A stretch of DNA of 64,000 bases, taken from positions 133,772 to 197,771 of the IMG/VR virus record IMGVR_UViG_2830161386_000001. The stretch is one strand, 5' to 3'. Positions 56,265-64,000 of this stretch are shown here, piece after piece; position 1 is the stretch's first letter; every line of letters begins with the position of its first letter. The notes beneath the pieces are model-generated. The model saw nothing but the letters and a program-made list of their open reading frames with translations, made no database searches and was not told where the DNA came from. The translations under genes were made by a program, and so were the position numbers. This stretch comes from a virus (lineage: Duplodnaviria > Caudoviricetes).

Positions 56265-56630
56265 TCATGAAAGCTCTTCGGCCAAGTCGGCCAGGACTCG
56301 CATGTCGTCTTCAGTTACCTCTCTGCTGACCCGCACTCGCGGAGCGATCCCCCGCGCTTTTTCCATTCGTTGGTCGGCCGAGAGAGATGTAAAGGTCGAC
56401 TCTTCGTATTTCTTTTCGAGCCGATCAAACTCGTCGAGAAAGTGTTCGGCCCTTCCCTTCTGGGCCTCCTTTTCTTCCTCGATGTTATCGTTAAGCCTTT
56501 TCACCTCGTCGAGGAGTTGCTCCAGGATACTGCCCTGGGAGTTATTGCTCGAAGCCGTATCAGCGGCCTCAGCGGCTTGGGCCATCTGGCCCAGTGCGTT
56601 CAAGATTTCTTTCTTATCAGAGTTAGCCAT
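56265..56630 (-). CDS. Coiled-coil acidic protein
   Basis: Codirectional ORF followed by a terminator. Confidence 0.65.
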   Translation of the reverse strand: MANSDKKEILNALGQMAQAAEAADTASSNNSQGSILEQLLDEVKRLNDNIEEEKEAQKGRAEHFLDEFDRLEKKYEESTFTSLSADQRMEKARGIAPRVRVSREVTEDDMRVLADLAEELS

Positions 56631-56778
56631 GTCACTGTTTTCTTATCTATATGATTGAGTGAGAAAGGCAGCATTTGGCGTGACCCGCCACGCGCCGCGA
56701 GGAGGCAGCTGCTATGCGTGGCATATGTCACCGCCCTTTCTGTTGACAGGGAAGGCGGAGTAAAACCCCGGCGTGTGG

Positions 56779-57267
56779 TTACGCCAAGTCGGCCCGCTGG
56801 AGCCGGTCCAGCGCCTGGACGGTGTTTTTGCCGATGAACGGGACCTGAAGCAGATCCCACTTATCGGCGCCCAGAACGTCTCCGTAAGTCTGGAGATTTC
56901 GGGACATGAGCGACCGCGCCTGCTTTTTGGTGAGGCAGGGCAGGTCCCACACTGGCGTTCCGTCCAGATCCACAGGAACATCGGACGCCAGCACGTCCAG
57001 CGCGTCTGTCGGGAACCGCCCGTCTTGGTCGCGGGCCCACTTCTTAAAGCGGGTTGCGACCTTCTTGCGGGTCCGGGCTGGAATCCCGGCGTCCCGCAGG
57101 CGCTGGTGCAGCTGCCGGGTGGTATCCCAGAGCTGCTTGTTGACCGGCCGATTGTCCGGGCACGTGCAGTCGTCGCCCCGTACGTGTCCAGCGGCTTTCG
57201 AAAGTGCCATCGCTGGCTTCATACGTTGGAGTCCCGGATTCGCGCCTCCGTGGCGGGCATAATTCAA
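56779..57267 (-). CDS. Protein with C-terminal RNAP alpha-CTD-like (HhH) domain
   Basis: PVWDLPCLTKKQARSL...LQTYGDV...KWDLLQVPFIGKNTV resembles alpha-CTD L..RS.NCL...I..IGDL....ELLK.PNLGKKS. Confidence 0.6.
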   Translation of the reverse strand: MNYARHGGANPGLQRMKPAMALSKAAGHVRGDDCTCPDNRPVNKQLWDTTRQLHQRLRDAGIPARTRKKVATRFKKWARDQDGRFPTDALDVLASDVPVDLDGTPVWDLPCLTKKQARSLMSRNLQTYGDVLGADKWDLLQVPFIGKNTVQALDRLQRADLA

Positions 57268-57372
57268 AGAGTGAGAGCGGCTGGTCAGCTAACGTTCGCC
57301 AGCCACGCTCTAGGCTTAACTGCTCAAGGCGAGTGCTACTCGCTTTAGCCTGGCCTAGACCAGGTTGACGGC

Positions 57373-57693
57373 CTACCGGCTGAAGCCCTTGGCTCCAATC
57401 GGATTGCCGTCGTCGTTCCGGATAAGTTCTCCGGGTGATACCACATCGCTGCGGTCGACTTCGCTGCACACGAAGCCCGACACGACGTAAAGCGTGTCGT
57501 CCTCTTTCGGCTCCGGAAGACCCACGACCTCATCAGTCGTGGTCTCGTAAATTGGCACGCCTGCCACCTCGTCTACTTTCTTCCGGGTAGTCTCCACGCG
57601 GGCCGTTTGTCCGCTCGGCTCAATTTCGAGGGTTTCTCGGCCTTGTTCGTCGAAAATGTTGAGGGTGTGCGGAGTTAGGTTGATAATGTCCAT
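57373..57693 (-). CDS. Conserved phage protein (INLTPH family)
   Basis: IINLTPH...PSG..ARV...GLPEP....YVVS...R.DV.SP. Confidence 0.7.
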   Translation of the reverse strand: MDIINLTPHTLNIFDEQGRETLEIEPSGQTARVETTRKKVDEVAGVPIYETTTDEVVGLPEPKEDDTLYVVSGFVCSEVDRSDVVSPGELIRNDDGNPIGAKGFSR

Positions 57694-57751
57694 AACGCGG
57701 TAAGCAGTTTCGAGTGAGAGAACGAGACGAGCCATTCCCCTCGTCTATTGA

Positions 57752-57780
57752 TATGGTGCGCATACGCACTACATATTTGC
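57752..57780 (-). promoter_or_regulatory. Putative promoter GCAAA-N17-CACCATA
   Basis: Exact spacing; follows a terminator (about 57822-57852). Confidence 0.75.
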
Positions 57781-57860
57781 ATAGAATCGGCCTTTAGCGG
57801 CGCTGAACGGGGATTTTAGATAAAAAAAGACCCCCACATATTTGCGGGGGTCTCGGAGAG

Positions 57861-58283
57861 TTACCACTGCAAATCAGTGATATTGAAGCCCTCCTCCTTG
57901 AGGGCTTGCCCCAAAGTAGAATCTTGGTCGAGCGTGCCGTCAGGGTGTATTACCCAGGCGGTCACGCTTTTAGGATTTGATGCCCCTTCGTGCACCTCCC
58001 ACCCGAACTGGAGCCCATTTCGGGTACTGTACTGAATTCCATGCGCTTGCACGTTGATCGAAGCCTCCCCCCAACCGACGCCGTTAGCCGTTGTGCGGTC
58101 TCGGGCGACGTTCGCTGCCAGGCTGCCGGCCACCCGCTTCTCCACGGCGTGAGACGGCCGTTCCAGAAGATGTTCTAAGGCAGGGCCATTATTTTCAATG
58201 GCCTGCTTGATGGAGAAAGAGGCGGATGCCAGTGAGGCAACGGCTTTCTTCACTGAGTTAAATGTCCGTTCTGCGGTATCCAT
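57861..58283 (-). CDS. Hypothetical protein
   Basis: Flanked by terminator-like hairpins. Confidence 0.6.
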   Translation of the reverse strand: MDTAERTFNSVKKAVASLASASFSIKQAIENNGPALEHLLERPSHAVEKRVAGSLAANVARDRTTANGVGWGEASINVQAHGIQYSTRNGLQFGWEVHEGASNPKSVTAWVIHPDGTLDQDSTLGQALKEEGFNITDLQW

Positions 58284-58381
58284 GGATATTTGCCGGTCTA
58301 TCGGTTCCGGCGCCGTAGGTTAGGTTGTTATGTTAAACGCAAAGACCCCCGCCTCAAATCGAGACGGGGGCCGTTTTCGGC

Positions 58382-59125
58382 CTACAGGTTCGACGCAATC
58401 TTGTCCCTTTCCGCCTCTGCGGCGGAAAGAGCGCGTTCGGTCAGGGTGGACTTGCCTCCTGGGTAGGCGTAAATCGCCGCCCGGGCGGCATCTTCGATCT
58501 GTGTCCGAGCAACTTCTTTGCCCCGCCTAACGGCATAATTTCCGGTAGGGGCGCTTACCTCGCGCTGCACCCACCGCAGCGCGTCCCGTACAACTTCGTG
58601 ACGCAACGGTCCATGATCTCTCTCAGGAACGTCATATTTCCGTCGGATGTTACGGCGCGATTTTGCCGCGTCTTGAAGATATTCCGGAGCAAAGATCCCA
58701 CCGCTTGAGTCGAGGCCGATAGAGTTCGTCGACGCCCTGGCAAATGCAGTGGCAAAGAGGTTCTTTCGCACCTCCCCCTCGGTCTCGTTACTCGACGGAT
58801 CGAGTCGAATAAACCAGCCGTTCTTCTTTAGCTGATTTAATCCCCACTTCATCGTGACCGGAGACATGGCCTCATGAGGAGTGCCAATACTCAGCACGCC
58901 ACTTTTGGGGCTGTAACTTACCCCCGTATATCCTTTGCCTCCAATCGAGCACCTTGAGCCGTTCCGCTCCTCTACCCTCTTCATGCCATACGTTCCGTTG
59001 TCTTTCTCATGCACCCGGAAGATAAGATCATCTGTTCCGAGGACCCAAGACTGTCGCCTTCTTGGGTCATTCGGGTAGCAAGACCGAATAGTCGTTGTTC
59101 GTACTAGAAAATTTGTGCCAGCCAT
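58382..59125 (-). CDS. Basic hypothetical protein
   Basis: Lower GC; start placed at MAGTNF. Confidence 0.55.
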   Translation of the reverse strand: MAGTNFLVRTTTIRSCYPNDPRRRQSWVLGTDDLIFRVHEKDNGTYGMKRVEERNGSRCSIGGKGYTGVSYSPKSGVLSIGTPHEAMSPVTMKWGLNQLKKNGWFIRLDPSSNETEGEVRKNLFATAFARASTNSIGLDSSGGIFAPEYLQDAAKSRRNIRRKYDVPERDHGPLRHEVVRDALRWVQREVSAPTGNYAVRRGKEVARTQIEDAARAAIYAYPGGKSTLTERALSAAEAERDKIASNL

Positions 59126-59357
59126 AGCAAACGTGCCCTCTCGGGCGGTGAATGAGTGCAGTGGAGCCACGTCTGCGGTCGGTTGGCTCCGGTCATCTGC
59201 CAGGTGGCCAGTTCGGCCGTGTCGTTCGGCAGCGCCCACTCACCAGCTTGCTGCCCAGCGTGAGCAGTGGGACCCTTGTGACAGTCCCGGCAGCAGCACA
59301 GGGCTGCTGGGCGGTTTAAGCGCGGCAGTGATGCCGGGATGCCAGCCCGGGTGTAAG

Positions 59358-59630
59358 TTACCACCGCGTCTCCGCGGTGGGGTCCTTGCGGTTCGCTACT
59401 GATCTCAACACCTGCCGGATTCGCGTCCAAGAAGCTCCGGCCACCCGCATGTTGTTGATCATCACCTTGATGTTCATGCAAATATCGGAGGGGGTGCCTC
59501 CGTATGTGTCTTGCTGAAGGATGGTCATGGCCGCCAGGGCTTCCCCCAACAAATACTCTTTGGAATAGTCCATCTGGAACTCGGCGAAGGTTTTCTTGAA
59601 CCGTTCGATTTCCTCTTTTTCGGCAGCCAT
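59358..59630 (-). CDS. Hypothetical protein
   Basis: Start placed at MAAEKE. Confidence 0.55.
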   Translation of the reverse strand: MAAEKEEIERFKKTFAEFQMDYSKEYLLGEALAAMTILQQDTYGGTPSDICMNIKVMINNMRVAGASWTRIRQVLRSVANRKDPTAETRW

Positions 59631-59813
59631 TGTTCTGTGGATCTTAGGATGGGCCGAGCAGCCCCACGAGTGAGATTTTCGCTCGATAGTCACCACCCTG
59701 CGACTCGAACGCAGCGCTTCGGTTGTAAACGCCGAAGTCGCCGAGCGGCCCGTGAATTCACAGGCCGGTGGTGAGCCTTTGCCCAGCTGGAAGAATCCCA
59801 GCTGGGACAGAGA

Positions 59814-60113
59814 TTAGAGATAGTCTCCGATTATGGAGAGCGCCTCCGCCCCGCATCCGGCGGAGACCAAGCCCGCGGCGAAGAACGCCGCGGCCTCAAT
59901 ATGTGCCTGGGTTCGGGCACGGCTCTTAATCTTTTCCTGCCCTGCTCCAGGGTGGAGAACGTCGGGATCCCACCCGACCTCTCGCTCGGGGTCCTCTAAG
60001 GACGCGGCGTACAGGTCCTTCGCCTTCACCGCCCGCCCAGCGGCAAAGACACCAGTTAAGATTGAGACCCCGGACAGAACGACTATGTCAATCGCGTTCT
60101 CTGCATGGTTCAT
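59814..60113 (-). CDS. Small membrane protein
   Basis: Start placed at MNHAEN after the conserved leader; two hydrophobic segments. Confidence 0.55.
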   Translation of the reverse strand: MNHAENAIDIVVLSGVSILTGVFAAGRAVKAKDLYAASLEDPEREVGWDPDVLHPGAGQEKIKSRARTQAHIEAAAFFAAGLVSAGCGAEALSIIGDYL

Positions 60114-60198
60114 GGTGACATGCGGAATACAATGCCTCCGCGTGAAGGCGTTTTTGGAGTGAGAGTGAGAACGACGAGCCATTCCCCTCGTCTATAAA

Positions 60199-60227
60199 TA
60201 TGGTGCCGATGTAAGGGCTATATTTGC
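60199..60227 (-). promoter_or_regulatory. Putative promoter GCAAA-N17-CACCATA
   Basis: Exact spacing; follows a terminator (about 60268-60298). Confidence 0.75.
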
Positions 60228-60391
60228 ACAAAAACGGCCTTCAGCAGCGCTAAACGCCAATTTCGACAAAAAAAAGACCCACCCCGGAAGGGTGGGCCTG
60301 GGGGCGCCTGAAGCGCCTCTCGGCGGCTTCAAGCCCCAACCTCCGCTTGCGCGGACTCTACATGTGATCTCCGGTGCAGCCGGCCGGCTGG

Positions 60392-60649
60392 CTACATCTC
60401 CTGCTTGAGCTTGTGGTATTCCCGCTCAAGCTCTTCCTCGAAAAACGTCTCTTCCGGCCCGGAGAGCTTGGCGTAATCCAGCTCCCGCTTCAGGTGCTTC
60501 CAGTCTTCCCCGAGGGGCCGGATGTCGGTTTTGCTTTTCATCTTCGCGTATTCGCCGCCGTTTTCAGCGCGAATCTTCTCGCGCCGGAAATGGCGCCGGG
60601 CCGCTTCGGAGGCTGCGATTTGAATGGTGCTTTTCTGGCGGATACTCAT
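60392..60649 (-). CDS. Hypothetical protein
   Basis: Codirectional ORF. Confidence 0.6.
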   Translation of the reverse strand: MSIRQKSTIQIAASEAARRHFRREKIRAENGGEYAKMKSKTDIRPLGEDWKHLKRELDYAKLSGPEETFFEEELEREYHKLKQEM

Positions 60650-60676
60650 AGGAGGAAAAGGTCTTGTTTGGTAGGG

Positions 60677-61081
60677 TTACACGGAGTGGCGTTCGGAAGA
60701 GGGCTCCTCCTCACGAAGAGACTTTCGAATTGAGTCGGACACCTGCCGGCCGATTTTCCGCAGCATGATCGTTTTCGCAAGCGGGTCGACATGCGTGTCG
60801 TGCCAAATCTTACGCACGTACTTGTCAGGCCGGATGTGGAAGTTTACCAGGTAGCCAACGAAGCTGATCCAAAACCGGCTCCACCCAACCCGGCCCTCTT
60901 CGGCCTCCGACCGGATAAAGGCGTACATCTCTTCGTCGGCCCAGTTTTCGGCAGGAGGGAGCCAGTCAGTATTTTGGTTAATGTAGCGGAGATCCTCCAT
61001 CAGCTCCGGTATTGTCGCCAACACCGAGCCGGTAACGAAGACGGAGTAGCCTCCAATCGCAAAGAGCAAAATGTCAAGCAT
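60677..61081 (-). CDS. Membrane-anchored hypothetical protein
   Basis: N-terminal hydrophobic segment. Confidence 0.6.
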   Translation of the reverse strand: MLDILLFAIGGYSVFVTGSVLATIPELMEDLRYINQNTDWLPPAENWADEEMYAFIRSEAEEGRVGWSRFWISFVGYLVNFHIRPDKYVRKIWHDTHVDPLAKTIMLRKIGRQVSDSIRKSLREEEPSSERHSV

Positions 61082-61123
61082 AGAGAGTTTAGGGCAATGG
61101 CAAAGAGCCTGAAAGGGGTTTGG

Positions 61124-61351
61124 TTAAGATGAGAGCTCAGCCTCACGCGCCTCCTTCGCGACGCGCCTGAGCTGCTCTTTTCTATCTACGATTTCGTAGC
61201 CGTTTTCAGTCACCTGCATTTTCAAATGCGACTCGCAGGTGGTTTCGTTAAGTGAAACCTCAATCGGCACCTCGACGGTCATGCCTATGCTGAAGTCCGC
61301 ACCGAGCTCGTCGAGGTTTTCGTTTATTTCGAATATGGTTTCAGGGGTCAT
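61124..61351 (-). CDS. Small acidic protein
   Basis: Codirectional ORF. Confidence 0.55.
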   Translation of the reverse strand: MTPETIFEINENLDELGADFSIGMTVEVPIEVSLNETTCESHLKMQVTENGYEIVDRKEQLRRVAKEAREAELSS

Positions 61352-61363
61352 GTCGTAGCAGAG

Positions 61364-61645
61364 CTAATCAGAGGTACGTTTCAATATCTCTTTGAGGCAC
61401 TCTTTGTATACGTTCCGCTCCTCAGCGACCGAGCGGATTGGGTGGTTGAGCTTGGCCTTTTGGTGGCCACGCTCCAAAGCCTCTTTGCACCGCTCTCGGA
61501 TCTGCGGGACTCGATAGTTTTCAGCCGGGCCGTGCTTTAGCGCCTCGCCCCAACTGATCTCTCCGCTCATGGCCCGTTCGTATTCGTTTTGGTGAAGCGG
61601 CCGCCAGGCCTGGAAGGGCCACCACCTTTTGATCAGATCAAGCAT
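61364..61645 (-). CDS. Hypothetical protein
   Basis: Codirectional ORF. Confidence 0.55.
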   Translation of the reverse strand: MLDLIKRWWPFQAWRPLHQNEYERAMSGEISWGEALKHGPAENYRVPQIRERCKEALERGHQKAKLNHPIRSVAEERNVYKECLKEILKRTSD

Positions 61646-61702
61646 CTTGGCGCGATTGGACTATGAAAAAGTGGCATCGGTATTCGAAGCCAGGCCGGAA
61701 AG

Positions 61703-61930
61703 CTACGTCGTAACCTCGTCAGGGTCGACGCGGTCGACGATGCGGTCGTTCTTCTGCGGGTCGATGACCTCAATAAAGAGCTCCTCGCCGTCGTGGAGCT
61801 CGGCGCCCTCAGCCTCGCGGGCGGCTTCGATGTCGGTGTCGTGGCCAGTGCTGATCGTGCGGACGTTTCCGCCGTTCGGGTGGTCCGACGAAACGAACGC
61901 GGTCAGGCGAAACGTGTATTTGCTGCTCAT
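61703..61930 (-). CDS. Small acidic beta-rich protein
   Basis: Codirectional ORF. Confidence 0.6.
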   Translation of the reverse strand: MSSKYTFRLTAFVSSDHPNGGNVRTISTGHDTDIEAAREAEGAELHDGEELFIEVIDPQKNDRIVDRVDPDEVTT

Positions 61931-62023
61931 ATCGGCTTTGGTTTACGATCATTTTATGAAAAGAGCGGACTTTAAAGCGGCTCTAAAAACGGGACATAAA
62001 GCCCTTTATCTCGCGTTTTCAGG

Positions 62024-62380
62024 TCAAATTGTCGGCTCGACCACGCCGGACGGGCCGAAGTAGCATCCCAGGTCGTGATCGAAGGAGAGCACCTCCTTTG
62101 GCGTCTCGGCCTGGAGGTGGTAGATGGAGTACTTCTCCAAGGCGTCCTGAAACCGCTCGTCTTCCGTCACGCCTTTGTCAATCAGGTCGCCAAAGTTAAA
62201 CGTCCAGTCCGGCGGGTGCTGGTAGCTCTCCTGCTGGTCGTACCAGTCGGCCAGGGCCCGTTCAATTGAATCGATGATTGCGTTGGCCGTGCGCTCGTCG
62301 CCCTCTTTGAGGCCGAACCGCAGGATAACAGGCGGCTCGTTTCGGCCGTATCGTGGAACAGAGTAAGTGCGTTCGATCAT
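62024..62380 (-). CDS. Hypothetical protein
   Basis: Acidic; FNFGDL motif. Confidence 0.65.
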   Translation of the reverse strand: MIERTYSVPRYGRNEPPVILRFGLKEGDERTANAIIDSIERALADWYDQQESYQHPPDWTFNFGDLIDKGVTEDERFQDALEKYSIYHLQAETPKEVLSFDHDLGCYFGPSGVVEPTI

Positions 62381-62413
62381 AAACCTAATTTTGAGTTTGT
62401 GGATTGGTTGTTA

Positions 62414-62743
62414 TTAAGATTCCTGCTTCAGGTCGCTTACCATAGTCGGCACCTTCTGCACCGCGTCTTTGTGAGAACAAACGTTGCTTCGGTACTTCGC
62501 CGGATACCCAAATTCAGGGTCGCCGTTTTTGCGAACTCGCTTTACCGGACAAACAATAATCCCGTGCCGGTCGGCTTCGCCCATGTATCCGCCCAGCCCA
62601 TGGGTGCCGGCAAGGTCACCTCCCTTCAAATACTCGGTGCCAAAGAACGTGACGGCTTGGCCCCCGCCCTGCCACTCCCATCCGTTCGGGAGCGGAGGCG
62701 GGTCGCGCCAGCTCACGCCTAGTAGGTCGAAGATGTCTTTCAT
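62414..62743 (-). CDS. Hypothetical protein
   Basis: Codirectional ORF. Confidence 0.6.
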   Translation of the reverse strand: MKDIFDLLGVSWRDPPPLPNGWEWQGGGQAVTFFGTEYLKGGDLAGTHGLGGYMGEADRHGIIVCPVKRVRKNGDPEFGYPAKYRSNVCSHKDAVQKVPTMVSDLKQES

Positions 62744-62764
62744 GCTGGTTTAGAGTAGGTATTG

Positions 62765-63382
62765 CTAAAAGAGATTTCTAAACTTGCCGATCAGGTGGCC
62801 TAGGCCGTCCGGCACGTTTGATAGCACGGCGAGGACCACTGGCTCGTACGCCCGCTCCGGGCGCAGGAGGGCGTCGGCAAGGGCGCCCTTGAAGGCTTTC
62901 CGTTTGTAGGAGGTGCGGGACAGGCGGTGCTCCACGCCAACCTCCCAGCCGGGACGGTACGGAATCGAGGCCGCCTCTTTCGGGACGGCCGCAGCTCCGG
63001 AGGGCGTGCCGGTCGAGCGGCGGGACAGGGCCCGCAGGCACTTCTCGCTCGTTTTCACCGGGAAGCGGCTCTGCCGCGCCACGAAGCAAAACCGGAGCGC
63101 GTCGTGGAAAAACTGGTCCCGCTTTCGCGGCTGCATTCCGCTTTTGCCCAAGAGCCACAGGAAACCAGCGCCCCGGTCGGAAAAGGCCGGTTTCTTCGTC
63201 GCGACAAGTGCCCGCTGGACTTCGGTCAGCGGCCGCACCGATCCAGGGGCCGGAAGTCTCGCTTCGCTCAGCGAGGCTCTCCTTTTGTATCTGCGCCCGT
63301 ACGCGCGCACGGGGCTTCCGTCAACGAGCTGGCGCGCCCGGCGCCGCTTCTGCCGGACCTCGTCTGGGTCTACGACTTGCAT
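62765..63382 (-). CDS. Basic hypothetical protein
   Basis: Fills the gap between neighbours. Confidence 0.55.
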   Translation of the reverse strand: MQVVDPDEVRQKRRRARQLVDGSPVRAYGRRYKRRASLSEARLPAPGSVRPLTEVQRALVATKKPAFSDRGAGFLWLLGKSGMQPRKRDQFFHDALRFCFVARQSRFPVKTSEKCLRALSRRSTGTPSGAAAVPKEAASIPYRPGWEVGVEHRLSRTSYKRKAFKGALADALLRPERAYEPVVLAVLSNVPDGLGHLIGKFRNLF

Positions 63383-63406
63383 AAGACAGTTATCGGTTGT
63401 GAAACG

Positions 63407-63910
63407 TCAAGCGGGGACTTCGTCGGGAAACACCGCCGGGTACGGCCGGCCCCACGACTCGCGGACCTGGATCTCCAGGTCGTTGAGGCGGCGAAAGAGG
63501 CGAGCGATGCGCTTTTCGCAGCGGCCGATTTGCCAGCGGGCCTCCTCCTCCGACTCTCCGGGTGCAAACTCGCCGGTCTTGAGCCGCAGCTTCCAGGCCA
63601 TCTTTTTTGCCCGCAGGTCCGCGATGCTCGGGTCTGGGGCCGGGGACGAGGCCTCCGCGTATTCGTCCAAGAGGTCTTCAGGGCGCTCGACCGGGTAGAT
63701 GGTCGTAAACTCGCCGGTCGGGCGGGCCGCTCCCTCACACAGTACTCCGTGAAGGGGCGCCTCGGGAAGAGGCGTTCGGTACTCCGCCTCCACCCAGTCC
63801 CGCAGCGCCCGAACGCCGTTCCAGTCCGGCGCAAAAACCGACGTCTCGCCGGGGTGGTAGTGGGTGTGGTGCTCGTCTTCGATTGGGGCTAAGGGCCGGA
63901 TGTGCTTCAT
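63407..63910 (-). CDS. Hypothetical protein
   Basis: Acidic codirectional ORF. Confidence 0.6.
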   Translation of the reverse strand: MKHIRPLAPIEDEHHTHYHPGETSVFAPDWNGVRALRDWVEAEYRTPLPEAPLHGVLCEGAARPTGEFTTIYPVERPEDLLDEYAEASSPAPDPSIADLRAKKMAWKLRLKTGEFAPGESEEEARWQIGRCEKRIARLFRRLNDLEIQVRESWGRPYPAVFPDEVPA

Positions 63911-64000
63911 TGGCGCTTGGTGTTGTTGTTTGAGTACTGAGATGAGTACGGCGAGTGCTCGCTTTCGAGATAGAGGCGGACGAGGCGCTTTTGGCTTTCG

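Noticed and set aside
2262-59809. Palindrome as CRISPR repeat or Alu contamination (AGTCCCAGCT occurs in Alu)
   Set aside because: Copies are dispersed and not regularly spaced, and the flanks are phage-like genes with no other Alu sequence.
61124-61351. Array-like motif in MQVTENGYEI (also VVLDDEGIDI at 11878)
   Set aside because: Lacks the conserved Arg and the helical body; probably generic beta-hairpins.

Overview
GC-rich 64-kb segment with acidic proteins. Almost every gene is on the minus strand; the exception is a plasmid-type rep. It looks like part of a large phage-plasmid of an extremely halophilic bacterium. The host is inferred to be Salinibacter/Rhodothermota-like from the acidic proteome, the lack of obvious Shine-Dalgarno motifs and the tmRNA style; this is not proven. 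Phage-type genes: a spike-like protein, a DUF5675 protein, a holin-like protein, thyA, dut, a HAD nucleotidase, recA, dnaE, tRNA-Lys and tmRNA. Plasmid-type module: parA, an RHH-like partner, iterons, a DnaA box and repA. It also encodes a single-chain beta-beta' RNA polymerase with a mini-intein immediately after the catalytic DFDGD. Unexplained structure: (1) 11 tandem divergent genes between the RNAP and dnaE that all carry a C-terminal VxV(R/Q)VxRxGIxI motif; (2) eight copies of a promoter-like GCAAR-N17-CACCATA; (3) about 15 dispersed copies of the palindrome AGTCCCAGCTGGGACT; (4) six copies of a small covarying pseudoknot, mostly just after stop codons; (5) a tmRNA with a 36-aa tag and two aberrant tRNA-like RNAs. 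All calls come from reading motifs by eye; no searches were run.
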